The position numbers and the translations under genes are program-made. The notes below the pieces were generated by a model, which was given only the letters and a program-made list of their open reading frames with translations, was not told the origin of the DNA and did not search any database. Of a stretch of 64,000 nt of DNA, positions 47,096 to 56,650 are shown one piece after another. Within the stretch, counting starts at the first letter, position 1; every line of letters starts with the position of its first letter. This stretch comes from Pseudomonadota bacterium (GTDB lineage: Bacteria; Pseudomonadota; Gammaproteobacteria; Pseudomonadales; JADFDG01): positions 4,468 through 68,467 of the forward strand of contig JBMOOO010000012.1 of NCBI GenBank assembly GCA_049324475.1, in the 5' to 3' direction.

Positions 47096-48471
47096 TGCCG
47101 CCGATGCTGCGCCGGTGGTGGTTGCCGCCGCTGGCGCTGTTGTTGCTGATCGCCTGGGGGCCGGCACCGTTCGGCCCTTTTCATTTCGACGACGACCGCG
47201 TCATTGTCGACTACGCGCCGGTGCATTCGCTGGCCGGCTGGTGGCAGGCGCAGCCGGGTTTGCGTCCGCTGCTGAAGCTGTCCTACGCGCTGAACTACAG
47301 CGTCGATCCGGGCCCGTTCGGGTTCCATGTCACCAACCTGTGTCTGCACGCGCTGAACGGCGTGCTGCTGTTGCTGTTCCTGCGTCGCCTGTTGCCGGCC
47401 ATGCCTGGCGTGACGCTGGCCGTGACGGCGCTGTGGTTGCTGCACCCGTCCAGTACCGAAGCCGTCACCTATGTGTCGGGCCGCTCGGTGGCGTTGATGA
47501 CCACGTTCATGCTGGCGGCACTGTGGGCAGTCTGCGGTGATCGCCCGCGCGACCGCTGGCTGGCGGCGCTGTTCACGGCGCTGGCGCTGGCGGTGCGCGA
47601 GACGGCATGGTCGTTGCCGTTCGCGCTGGCGATCGTGGCGTGGATGACGGCATCGCAGCGTGGCACGGAGGCGCGTACGGCCGGCTTCCAGGCGGCATGG
47701 CACCTTGCCTGGCCCCGTGTCTGGCCGTCACTGGCGATCCTGGGCCTTGCCGTCGTTGCGTTCCTGCTGGAAACGCGTCATCGGCACCTGCTGCTCGACA
47801 ACCTTCCCGGTCAGGACCGCGGCGCGCTGCTGTGGACGCAGCTGGAAGCCTGGCGCTGGTTCGCCGCGCAGGCGCTGTGGCTGGCGGCACCGAATTTCGA
47901 CCCGGACCTGCGCCCGCAATGGCAGGCCACGCCGGCGCTGGTGATGTGGGGTTTGCTGCTGGCAACGCTGGTTGCCCTTTCACTTCGGCAGCTGCTGCGC
48001 ACGCACAGCCTGATCGCCGGCAGCTTCCTGCTGGCGGTGATTTTCCTGCTGCCCGGCTACAGCATCCTGATGCGGCCGGACATGGCGAACAACCGTCATC
48101 TCTATCCGGTACTGCCGGGCCTGCTGCTGGCGCTGTTGCTGGCCGGCAACCTGTTGCTGGCGACATTCGCGGAACGGACCGGCCTGGCGCGCGTGCGCAT
48201 GGCCGGCACGGCGCTGCTGATGCTGCTGGTGCTGTACTCGGCGCTGGCCACCGGCCTGCGCAACCTCGATTACCTGGACGAGCGATCGCTGTGGCAACGC
48301 ACGGCGGAGCAGTCGCCGGACAAGAGCCGGGTATGGAACAACCTCGGCATGGCCTGCGAGGCGGAAGGGGACGGGGACTGCGCCCGCGATGCGTACCGGC
48401 GTGCCGTGCAGCTGGATCCGGCCAACCTGCGGGCGAAGAACAACCTGTACTTTCTCGAGTCGCCGGAATGA
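47095..48471 (+). CDS. TMTC-like GT-C membrane glycosyltransferase with a C-terminal TPR
   Basis: FDDD, RPL, FHVTNL.LH..N, HP..TEAV.Y.SGR and RHLY; TPR WNNLG...AYRRAVQLDP; TGATG overlap with the upstream gene. Confidence 0.75.
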   Translation: MPPMLRRWWLPPLALLLLIAWGPAPFGPFHFDDDRVIVDYAPVHSLAGWWQAQPGLRPLLKLSYALNYSVDPGPFGFHVTNLCLHALNGVLLLLFLRRLLPAMPGVTLAVTALWLLHPSSTEAVTYVSGRSVALMTTFMLAALWAVCGDRPRDRWLAALFTALALAVRETAWSLPFALAIVAWMTASQRGTEARTAGFQAAWHLAWPRVWPSLAILGLAVVAFLLETRHRHLLLDNLPGQDRGALLWTQLEAWRWFAAQALWLAAPNFDPDLRPQWQATPALVMWGLLLATLVALSLRQLLRTHSLIAGSFLLAVIFLLPGYSILMRPDMANNRHLYPVLPGLLLALLLAGNLLLATFAERTGLARVRMAGTALLMLLVLYSALATGLRNLDYLDERSLWQRTAEQSPDKSRVWNNLGMACEAEGDGDCARDAYRRAVQLDPANLRAKNNLYFLESPE

Positions 48472-48522
48472 AGAATGCGGCAGCGTCGAGCCGACGCTGC
48501 CGCGGTGTGGACCGGAGCCGGA

Positions 48523-48924
48523 TCAACGGCGGGAGTCGCCGCCCCTGCCCTTGTGGTCGCCGTGGCGATCGTCCCTGTCGTCATCGTCATCGTGATCGTC
48601 CGGGCCGTGCTTCCTGCGCGCTTCCAGCTGTTGCAGCTGTTCCTTGTCCAGCACTTTCTCCAGCGCGGTCTGCGCGTCCTTGCGGGCCGCTTCATGGGCC
48701 GCGCGTTCCTGCTCGAGGATCTTCGTCACCTGCACGGACTGCCCGTCGGTGAGCTTCAGGTCCTCCTTCAGGCGTTCGACCATTTTCCCGACCGGCGGCG
48801 GACCGTCCGGGCGCTCGTGGCCGTGACGGTCGCCGGCGCCGGCGATGCCCGCGCCGGCCAGGCCAAAGGACAGTGCGGCAACGGCCAGCAGTTTCTTCAC
48901 ATGGATATCGGAATGTCTTGTCAT
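48523..48924 (-). CDS. Spy/CpxP-like periplasmic protein with a His/Asp-rich tail
   Basis: Signal peptide, LKLTDGQ and VLDKEQ (LTxxQ-like) motifs; downstream of the BaeSR-like pair. Confidence 0.7.
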   Translation of the reverse strand: MTRHSDIHVKKLLAVAALSFGLAGAGIAGAGDRHGHERPDGPPPVGKMVERLKEDLKLTDGQSVQVTKILEQERAAHEAARKDAQTALEKVLDKEQLQQLEARRKHGPDDHDDDDDRDDRHGDHKGRGGDSRR

Positions 48925-49040
48925 GGTGTCGGTCTCCTGTGGTGTCGACAGGAGCAGTCTTGCGCCGGAATGTGCAAGCAACGGGGACAAACCGGGGAGG
49001 CTTTGCAGTTCGCGTGCAACCGCCGTGCAGGCGGCTGTGC

Positions 49041-49718
49041 TCAGGCCGGCAGCTCGAAGCGGTAGCCGGCACCGTAGACGGACTGCACCAGCTCGACGCC
49101 GGTGAACACGTCGTCCAGCTTGCGGCGCAGTTTCTTCACGTGACTGTCGATGGTGCGGTCGCTGACCACACGGTGGTCGTTGTAGATGCGGTCCATCAGC
49201 TGCTGCCGGGACCAGATGCGCCCGGGCGAGGACGCGAGGCAATGCAGCAGCTGGAACTCGATGGCGGTGAACGACACGCGCTGGCCGCGCCATTCCAGCA
49301 GCAGGCGCGACTCGTCCAGCAGCAGACCCTGCGAAACGGTTTCGGCCGGGGCCGATACCCGGCGCAGCACGGCCTTCACCCGCGCCACGACTTCGCGCGG
49401 GCTGAACGGCTTGACGATGTAATCGTCGGCGCCGAGTTCCAGCCCCAGCAGGCGGTCGATCTCTTCCGCGCGCGCCGTCACCATCAGGATCGGCACCTGC
49501 GAGACGGCGCGGATTTCCCGGCACAGGGTCAGGCCGTCCTTGCCGGGCAGCATCACGTCCAGCAGCACGGCATCCGGACTGAACTCCCGGCGCGCGGATT
49601 CGGCCGCGTTGCCATCGGCCACGATCCGTGTTTCGTAACCTTCGTGCGCGAGGTAGTCGGCCAGCAGCGTGGCGATCTTCGGTTCGTCTTCCACGATCAT
49701 CACGCGCTGTCTGCTCAT
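49041..49718 (-). CDS. OmpR-family response regulator (BaeR-like)
   Basis: EDE, LDVMLPG, GADDYIVKPFSPRE and DRTIDSHVKKLR. Confidence 0.92.
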   Translation of the reverse strand: MSRQRVMIVEDEPKIATLLADYLAHEGYETRIVADGNAAESARREFSPDAVLLDVMLPGKDGLTLCREIRAVSQVPILMVTARAEEIDRLLGLELGADDYIVKPFSPREVVARVKAVLRRVSAPAETVSQGLLLDESRLLLEWRGQRVSFTAIEFQLLHCLASSPGRIWSRQQLMDRIYNDHRVVSDRTIDSHVKKLRRKLDDVFTGVELVQSVYGAGYRFELPA

Positions 49719-51142
49719 GCGGCAGGCCTCGTTGCGGCCAGCGGCAGCCGTACGCGGATGCGCAGCCCGCCCAGCTCGCCGGCGGATGCCTCGATGCTGC
49801 CGTCATGCGCTTCCACGATGCGCTTGCAGATGGCGAGCCCGAGACCGGCACCGCCGGCTGCGCGGGTGCGTGCCTCGTCGACGCGGTAGAGGTGATCGAA
49901 CAGTCTGGGCAGCGAGGCTTCCGGCACACCGGGCGCGGAGTCTTCCACCACCAGTTCTGCCGACGACCCCTGCACGGACAGTGTCAGGCGCACCTCGCCG
50001 CCGGCATCGGTGTAGCGCGCGCTGTTGGACAGCAGGTTGTCGATCAGTTGCTGCAGCCGGTCCTCGTCGCCATGCACGAGCACGGCATGGTCCGGTGTGT
50101 GCACACCGGACCGCAGCTGCGCCTGCCGCAGCAGGCTGGCGGCGTTTTCCGTGCGCTCGTGCACCAGGGAGGCCAGGTCGACATCCGCCTTGCGGTACTG
50201 CAGGGCACCGAGATCGGCGCGCGCCAGCACGTACAGGTCTTCCACCAGCCGCAGCAGGTGGCCGGTTTCCTGCCGCAGCGATTCAATGCGTTCGCGGTTC
50301 AGCGGCCGCACCCCGTCCAGCATGGCGTCGATCTCGCCGGAGAGCACCGCCAGCGGTGTGCGCAGCTCGTGGGAGATGTCGGCGAACCAGCGGTGCCGGG
50401 CATGGGCATTGCTGTCCAGGGTGCGGGCCAGTTCGGAAATGTCGCGTGCCAGTGCGCCCAGCTCGTCACGGCGCCCGGTGTCGAGCGCAACGTCGTACTG
50501 CTGCTGGGTCAGGCGGTGCGCCGCCTGCGAAAGCTGCCTGAGCGGCCGGGTGAACTGCCGGGCCAGCAGCACGGCCACGACCACGGCGAACAGCAGCGCA
50601 AACGCCGCCACCAGCCACAGTGCGCGCAGCTGGTCTTCCCGGAAATGGCGATCAATGTCCTGTTCCAGCCGGGCGAACCGCGGCGTGGCCAGATAGCCGA
50701 CACGCTCGCCATCGACCAGGATGGGCACTTCGATGGCGAATTCGCCGGTGACGGCCGAGCGGCCGATCAGGATGCGGTGATCGGCGTCCAGCAGCACCAC
50801 CGGCAGTGGCGGGATCGGCGGTGGCGGCGGCGTTTCGTCGTGATGCTTCCGTCTTTCGTGCCGCTCGTGTTCCCGGCGCGGTTGTTCGCTGTCGTCTTCC
50901 GTGGTCCGGCGCAGCAGCCGGTAGAACGAGCGCGGATCGGCGGTGAATGCCAGCCAGCCCGGGTCCTCGCGCCAGCTTTCGGCCAGTACCAGCGCAAACG
51001 CTTCCAGCCGTTTTTCCTGCTGGGCATTCACGTAGTCCAGCAGGCCGCTGTCGAAGCGCCACTGGAACAGCAGGACGACGCCCAGCACCAGCGCGAGCGC
51101 GAAGGCGGACAGGGCAAGGATCAGGCGGGTCTGGATGGACAT
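49715..51142 (-). CDS. Sensor histidine kinase (BaeS-like)
   Basis: Two TMs, HAMP (DELG.LA), SHELRTPL, N-box and GAGLGL. Confidence 0.92.
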   Translation of the reverse strand: MSIQTRLILALSAFALALVLGVVLLFQWRFDSGLLDYVNAQQEKRLEAFALVLAESWREDPGWLAFTADPRSFYRLLRRTTEDDSEQPRREHERHERRKHHDETPPPPPIPPLPVVLLDADHRILIGRSAVTGEFAIEVPILVDGERVGYLATPRFARLEQDIDRHFREDQLRALWLVAAFALLFAVVVAVLLARQFTRPLRQLSQAAHRLTQQQYDVALDTGRRDELGALARDISELARTLDSNAHARHRWFADISHELRTPLAVLSGEIDAMLDGVRPLNRERIESLRQETGHLLRLVEDLYVLARADLGALQYRKADVDLASLVHERTENAASLLRQAQLRSGVHTPDHAVLVHGDEDRLQQLIDNLLSNSARYTDAGGEVRLTLSVQGSSAELVVEDSAPGVPEASLPRLFDHLYRVDEARTRAAGGAGLGLAICKRIVEAHDGSIEASAGELGGLRIRVRLPLAATRPAA

Positions 51143-51210
51143 GACCCGCCAGCCTAGGCGCGCACGCGCGGCAGCGGCAAGGCCGTGGTCGCGGATTCCC
51201 GATTGTTTCC

Positions 51211-52080
51211 TTATTGGTGCGCGGGCGCCTGCGGCAGGAGAGCGGCCCGGAAGCGGCCGCCTTCCTGCACCACCGGCGCAATGGCCACCGCCGGATCGTG
51301 GGTGAAACACAGGCGCACGCCGCGTGCGACGCAGTCGGCCAGCAGTGCGGCTTTCTCGTCGATCAGCAGTTCCGGGTTGCGGTCATAGCCCATGGACAGC
51401 GGCACGTGCACCCAGGGCGCGCCGGGGATGAGATCGCTGGCGAACAGCACCGGACCGCCGTCGGCATCGACTTCGGTCATCAGCAGGCCCGGTGTATGGC
51501 CGTCGCTGTAGTGGAAACGCCAGCCTGCGCCGAGCACGGGTGTGGTTTCGCCGTCGACGATCACCAGCCGGCCGCTGCTTTCCAGCAGGGGCTGCAGCTC
51601 CGGGATATAGGACGCGCGATCGCGCGCGTGCGGCCGGCAGGCACGTTCCCAGGCACGGCGGCCGACGAGGATGGTGGCATTCGTGAACACCAGCGAAGGC
51701 GGCGCGCCCGGCTGCCAGGCCGTGAGCAGGCCGCCGGCGTGATCGAAGTGCAGGTGAGAGAGCACGATCACATCGATGTCGGCCGGTGTCAGGCCCTGCG
51801 CGGCCAGCGCATCGAGCAGGACATGGCGCTCTTCCACCACGCCGTAGCGTTCGCGCAGTTTCGGCTCGAAGAAGGCGCCGATGCCGGTTTCCAGCAGCAC
51901 ATGGCGCCGTGTGCCGTCGGGTCGGGTTTCGCGCACCAGCAGGCAGCGGCAGGCCAGGTCGATGCGGTTCTGCGCATCCGCCGGCGCCCACTTTTCCCAC
52001 ACCGCTTTCGGTGCGTTGCCGAACATGGCGCCGCCGTCGAGCTTCTGTGCGTTGCCGGAGAGCGGGATCAGTTCGCGCAT
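51211..52080 (-). CDS. MBL-fold metallo-hydrolase
   Basis: [22 protein letters not shown] and THDP. Confidence 0.9.
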   Translation of the reverse strand: MRELIPLSGNAQKLDGGAMFGNAPKAVWEKWAPADAQNRIDLACRCLLVRETRPDGTRRHVLLETGIGAFFEPKLRERYGVVEERHVLLDALAAQGLTPADIDVIVLSHLHFDHAGGLLTAWQPGAPPSLVFTNATILVGRRAWERACRPHARDRASYIPELQPLLESSGRLVIVDGETTPVLGAGWRFHYSDGHTPGLLMTEVDADGGPVLFASDLIPGAPWVHVPLSMGYDRNPELLIDEKAALLADCVARGVRLCFTHDPAVAIAPVVQEGGRFRAALLPQAPAHQ

Positions 52081-52102
52081 GGTGGGTCACCCTCGGCGGG
52101 CA

Positions 52103-54178
52103 TCAGCCCTGCAGCAGGCCGATATCCGCCGTTTTCAGGAACAGGCCGCGCAGCTTCGTCAGCAGCGCGAGGCGGTTGGCGCGCACCTGCGGGTCCTCGG
52201 CGTTCACCATCACCTTGTCGAAGAAGGTGTCGACTTCCGCGCGCAGGCCCGCCAGGCGCGACAGCGCCTGCTCGTAATCGCCTTTCGCGAACAGCGGCGC
52301 GACGATGGTTTCCATGTAGATGACGGTTTTCGCCAGCGCCTGCTCGGCCGGGTCCTGCAGCAGTGCCGACGTGACGGTGCTGGCTGCCGCGGCGCCGTCC
52401 TTCGCAAGGATGTTGCCCACGCGCTTGTTGGCAGCGGCCAGTGCTGCCGACTCCGGCAGCGCGCGGAAGGCCTGCACGGCCTTCACGCGGCGCGCCACGT
52501 CCAGCGGCCGCGAGGTGCCGACCGCCAGCGCGGCCTGCACGGTGTCGGCCGCGATGCCCTGCTCGGCAAAGTACGCCGGATAACGACCGGTGATAAAATC
52601 GAGCACGTCGGCGCGCACGCTGCCGCTGGAGAGCCGGTTGCCCAGCTGTGCGATGGCGGCATCGACCAGCACGGTCAGGTCGAGGTCGAGCCCGGCCTCG
52701 ATGACGGTGCGCAGCACGCCCAGCGTGGCGCGGCGCAGTGCGAACGGATCCTTGTCGCCGGTGGGCGGCTGGCCGATGCCGAAGATGCCGACAAGGGTAT
52801 CCAGCTTGTCGGCGATGGCGACTGCCTGCGCGGTTTTCGTCGAGGCAATGGTGTCGCCGGCGAAACGCGGGCGGTACTGTTCGTCCAGCGCGGACGCAAC
52901 TTCCGCCGGCAGTTTCTCTGCCGTGGCGTAGTAACGGCCGGCAATGCCCTGCAGCTCCGGGAATTCGCCGACCAGTTCGGTGGCCAGGTCGGCCTTGCAC
53001 AGCAGGCCGGCCTGGCGCGCGTGCTGCGGATCGCCGCCGATCTGTGCGGCGATGATTTCCGCCAGCGCGGCGGCGCGTTCGGCCTTCTCGTACACACTGC
53101 CCAGCTTCGCCTGGAATACCACGTTCTTCAGGCGCTCGTTGCGCTGTGCCAGCGGCACTTTCAGATCCTGCCGATAGAAGAACTCGGCATCGGTCAGGCG
53201 CGGGCGCACGACCTTCTCGTTGCCGGCGACGATGTGCGCCGGCTCCCGGCTCTCGATGTTGGCGACGGTGATGAACACCGGCAGCAGCCTGCCCTGCGCG
53301 TCCGTGAGGCAGAAATACTTCTGGTTGTCCTGCATGGTCGAGATCAGTGCTTCCTGCGGCACGTCGAGGAAGCGCTTCTCGAAGGTACAGGCCAGCGGCA
53401 CCGGCCATTCCACCAGCGCCGTGACTTCGTCGAGCAGTGCATCCGGAATGATGGCCTTGCCGCCCTGCTCCGCGGCCAGCTTTTCCACCTTTGCCAGGAT
53501 TTCCGCGCGGCGGGCATCGAAGTCGGCAATCACGTGCGCCTTCTTCAGCGCGTCGAGGTACTGCTTCGGCTCGCCGATGGCCACGGCCGCCGGATGGTGG
53601 AAGCGGTGGCCGCGCGAGGTGTTGCCGGCTTTCTGGCCGAGGATTTCACAGGGAATGACTTCCGTGCCGAACAGCATCACCAGCCACTGTGACGGCCGCA
53701 CGAACTCGATGCGGTGCGCGCCCCAGCGCATGCGCTTGGCGATGGGCAGATCAGACAGGGCTTTTTGGACGATTCCGGGGAGCAGTGAGGTAAGTGGCTG
53801 GCCCGGCTTTTCGCGTTGGAAATAGACCTTTCCAAGCTTTTCGTCTTTGTGCAGTTGGTCTATGGACGCGCTGAACTTCTTGAGGAAGCCCAGCAAGGCT
53901 TGGGTTGGATTGCCTTCCTTATCGAAAGCGGCAGGGATCGGAGGGCCATATATTGTTTCGGTGTTGGCTGGTGTTTGCTCTGGCAAGTCTTTAACCAAAA
54001 CCGCCAAGCGCCGTGGCGAGGCATAACCAGTCGCGTTCGGTTTATGAATGCCAGCAGCAATAAGACTAATTTCTATTGAGGCCGTAAATTCATCGCGCAA
54101 CCCTTTCAGGGATTTCGGCGGCAGTTCTTCGGTGCCCAGTTCGACCAGGAAATCACGACTCTTTTGAGAAGAGCTCAT
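52103..54178 (-). CDS. glyS: Glycine--tRNA ligase beta subunit
   Basis: ELGTEELPP, SPRRLA, MRWG, EFPELQG, DPFALRR and NRLALL. Confidence 0.97.
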   Translation of the reverse strand: MSSSQKSRDFLVELGTEELPPKSLKGLRDEFTASIEISLIAAGIHKPNATGYASPRRLAVLVKDLPEQTPANTETIYGPPIPAAFDKEGNPTQALLGFLKKFSASIDQLHKDEKLGKVYFQREKPGQPLTSLLPGIVQKALSDLPIAKRMRWGAHRIEFVRPSQWLVMLFGTEVIPCEILGQKAGNTSRGHRFHHPAAVAIGEPKQYLDALKKAHVIADFDARRAEILAKVEKLAAEQGGKAIIPDALLDEVTALVEWPVPLACTFEKRFLDVPQEALISTMQDNQKYFCLTDAQGRLLPVFITVANIESREPAHIVAGNEKVVRPRLTDAEFFYRQDLKVPLAQRNERLKNVVFQAKLGSVYEKAERAAALAEIIAAQIGGDPQHARQAGLLCKADLATELVGEFPELQGIAGRYYATAEKLPAEVASALDEQYRPRFAGDTIASTKTAQAVAIADKLDTLVGIFGIGQPPTGDKDPFALRRATLGVLRTVIEAGLDLDLTVLVDAAIAQLGNRLSSGSVRADVLDFITGRYPAYFAEQGIAADTVQAALAVGTSRPLDVARRVKAVQAFRALPESAALAAANKRVGNILAKDGAAAASTVTSALLQDPAEQALAKTVIYMETIVAPLFAKGDYEQALSRLAGLRAEVDTFFDKVMVNAEDPQVRANRLALLTKLRGLFLKTADIGLLQG

Positions 54179-55134
54179 CACGCGGACTCCTTCTTCGCGG
54201 CTTCGGCCCTGGCGATCACCTCATCGCGCAGGTGCGCGGGTGCCAGCGGGAAGCCGAGCTTCAGCCGCGAATCGAAATAGGCCTGGGCCACGGCACGCGC
54301 CAGCGTGCGCACGCGCAGGATGTAGCGCTGGCGCTCGGTGACGGAAATCGCGCGGCGCGCATCCAGCAGGTTGAAGGTGTGCGAGGCCTTCACCACCATT
54401 TCATAGGACGGCAGCGCCAGGTTCAGCGCCATCAGGCGGTTGGCCTCGGACTCGTAGAAATCGAACAGGCCGAACAGTTTCTCGACGTTGGCGTGTTCGA
54501 AGTTGAACGCGCTCATCTCGACTTCGTTCTGGTGGAACACGTCGCCGTAGGTCACCTTCCCGAACTGGCCGTCGGTCCACGTCAGGTCGTACACCGAGTT
54601 GACGCCCTGCAGGTACATCGCGAGGCGCTCGAGGCCGTAGGTGATTTCGCCGGTGACCGGGTAGCACTCGACGCCGCCGACTTGCTGGAAGTAGGTGAAC
54701 TGCGTGACTTCCATGCCGTTCAGCCACACTTCCCAGCCCAGGCCCCAGGCGCCCAGCGTCGGCGATTCCCAGTTGTCCTCGACGAAGCGGATGTCGTGCA
54801 CCGCCGGGTCGACGCCGATCGCGCGCAGCGAGTCGAGGTACAGCTCCTGAATGTTGTCCGGGTTCGGCTTCATCACCACCTGGAACTGGTAGTAGTGCTG
54901 CAGGCGGTTCGGGTTCTCGCCGTAGCGGCCGTCGGCCGGGCGGCGCGAAGGCTGCACGTAGGCCGCGTTCCAGGTTTCCGGGCCCAGCGCACGCAGGAAG
55001 GTGGCGGTGTGGAAGGTGCCGGCACCCATTTCCATGTCGTAGGGCTGCAGGACCACGCAACCCTGCGCGGCCCAGAAGGTCTGGAGCCGGAGGATCAGGT
55101 CCTGGAAGGTCTTCGGCGTATCGGCAACCGTCAT
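54178..55134 (-). CDS. glyQ: Glycine--tRNA ligase alpha subunit
   Basis: [32 protein letters not shown] and EITYGLER. Confidence 0.98.
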   Translation of the reverse strand: MTVADTPKTFQDLILRLQTFWAAQGCVVLQPYDMEMGAGTFHTATFLRALGPETWNAAYVQPSRRPADGRYGENPNRLQHYYQFQVVMKPNPDNIQELYLDSLRAIGVDPAVHDIRFVEDNWESPTLGAWGLGWEVWLNGMEVTQFTYFQQVGGVECYPVTGEITYGLERLAMYLQGVNSVYDLTWTDGQFGKVTYGDVFHQNEVEMSAFNFEHANVEKLFGLFDFYESEANRLMALNLALPSYEMVVKASHTFNLLDARRAISVTERQRYILRVRTLARAVAQAYFDSRLKLGFPLAPAHLRDEVIARAEAAKKESA

Positions 55135-55296
55135 GGCGGAACCCCTGCTGGACCCGGCGGGCAGCGGCCGGGGCGCGAAAAGCCGGGCAGTTTAGCAGCG
55201 GGTGCCGATACCCCCTAGCGCCCGGGGCCGGTCCGGTGCCTGCCTTCCGGCGCCGGATTTGCCTGCCCTGCCTGGCCCCCCCCCCGGAACCGGGCT

Positions 55297-55312
55297 TGTG
55301 CGGTCTGTCACA
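55297..55312 (+). promoter_or_regulatory. CRP/Vfr-like box upstream of lipoprotein paralog 1
   Basis: TGTGC-GGTCTG-TCACA against the consensus TGTGA-N6-TCACA. Confidence 0.6.
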
Positions 55313-55404
55313 TTCCACCGCCAATAGGGGCCCCGGACCGGCGCCGGCAGCGCCGGCAGGAACGGGAGTGTCATCCACAATCTGGAAGTTCAGGGGTTCA
55401 GCAC

Positions 55405-56517
55405 ATGAAACATCATCGTTTGGGTTTGCTTGCGGCCGCCATTGCAGCCGTCTCGCTGGTCGGCTGTGAGGACGACGACAACGGTCCGCGTTCCCTCAAG
55501 GTCACCACCGCGAACGCGCCCTATGTGGCTGCCGACGGCGCCGCGCTGATTGAAGGCGCGATGGATGTCGACGACGAAGGCTCGCCGGACGAAATCATTC
55601 CGGCCGGCGTGACCGTGACCGGCGGCGAAGGCCGGAAAATCCCCGGCCTGACCTTCATCAAGCTGGGTGAGCTGGTACGTGAAGACCAGCAGAACGGCGA
55701 GCTGGCTGCGCTGGTCTCGTCCGCCCTGCCGGTCGGCGTGGTCACCGAAGGCACGGAAGTCGACTGCGAAACCTCCGGCAGCTACATCTACTACAACACG
55801 GCGTCGACCTGGGGCATCACCTACAACAACTGCGTCTCGGAATACTCGGGCGATACCTATGAAAGCCGTTACACCCTGAACGGCACGGCGACCGGTGATT
55901 ACGACGGTGCCGGCTACGGCGGCTGGAACGCCGACTACGAAGGCCTGCGCAGCACCTATGCCTCGACTTACCAGGAAGGCGAATACGGCGGTTCCTACAG
56001 CGGCAGTTACCAGATCGACGGCCACTTCGAGTACTACTACGACTACGGCGGTTACGGCGGCAGCTACGCCAGCCACTACGTCGCCGACGACCTGGTTGTG
56101 AAGTACAAGTACAAGGCCACGGGTGATGCGGTCGAGGAATCCGACGAGTTCGAGAACGCCGCCGGCACCATTACCTACGACGCCTACGAGTTCATGTTCT
56201 ACAACTACGGTGGCTACTGGTACTGGCAGGGCAACCTGCAGGCGACCGATTCCGAGCGTGGCATCTGGACCATCACCACGCCGTCGCCGTTCGGTATCGA
56301 TTACTGCGACGAGCAGGTGGTCGGCTCCATCCGCTACACCGGCCGCCTTGCGGAAGAGCATCACGAGGAAAGCCCGGCAGGCCGCAGCAACATCCTGGTG
56401 ATCTCGGGCAACGGCACCGGCACGGTGAGCTACACGCTGTACGAGAACGACGGCACGACCGTCATCAGCGATGAAGACCACGACTGGTTCGACTATTCCT
56501 ACCCGTACTGCTACTGA
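55405..56517 (+). CDS. Tyr/Gly-rich acidic lipoprotein, paralog 1
   Basis: Lipobox LVGC-EDDD, YGGY motifs and 4 Cys conserved across the paralogs. Confidence 0.8.
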   Translation: MKHHRLGLLAAAIAAVSLVGCEDDDNGPRSLKVTTANAPYVAADGAALIEGAMDVDDEGSPDEIIPAGVTVTGGEGRKIPGLTFIKLGELVREDQQNGELAALVSSALPVGVVTEGTEVDCETSGSYIYYNTASTWGITYNNCVSEYSGDTYESRYTLNGTATGDYDGAGYGGWNADYEGLRSTYASTYQEGEYGGSYSGSYQIDGHFEYYYDYGGYGGSYASHYVADDLVVKYKYKATGDAVEESDEFENAAGTITYDAYEFMFYNYGGYWYWQGNLQATDSERGIWTITTPSPFGIDYCDEQVVGSIRYTGRLAEEHHEESPAGRSNILVISGNGTGTVSYTLYENDGTTVISDEDHDWFDYSYPYCY

Positions 56518-56543
56518 TCGACGCCCGCAACGGGCGGCTGCAC

Positions 56544-56575
56544 GGGAAGGAGCGCTTCGGCGCTCCTTTTCCTTG
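56544..56575 (+). terminator. Intrinsic terminator with cUUCGg loop
   Basis: AAGGAGCGC-TTCG-GCGCTCCTT followed by a T-rich tail. Confidence 0.85.
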
Positions 56576-56650
56576 TTTGCGCCGGATTTGTTTTCCGGCA
56601 CGTTTTTGTGTTCGGATGGCCGCACTTTCCGCAGACAGGAGTCCTGATCC

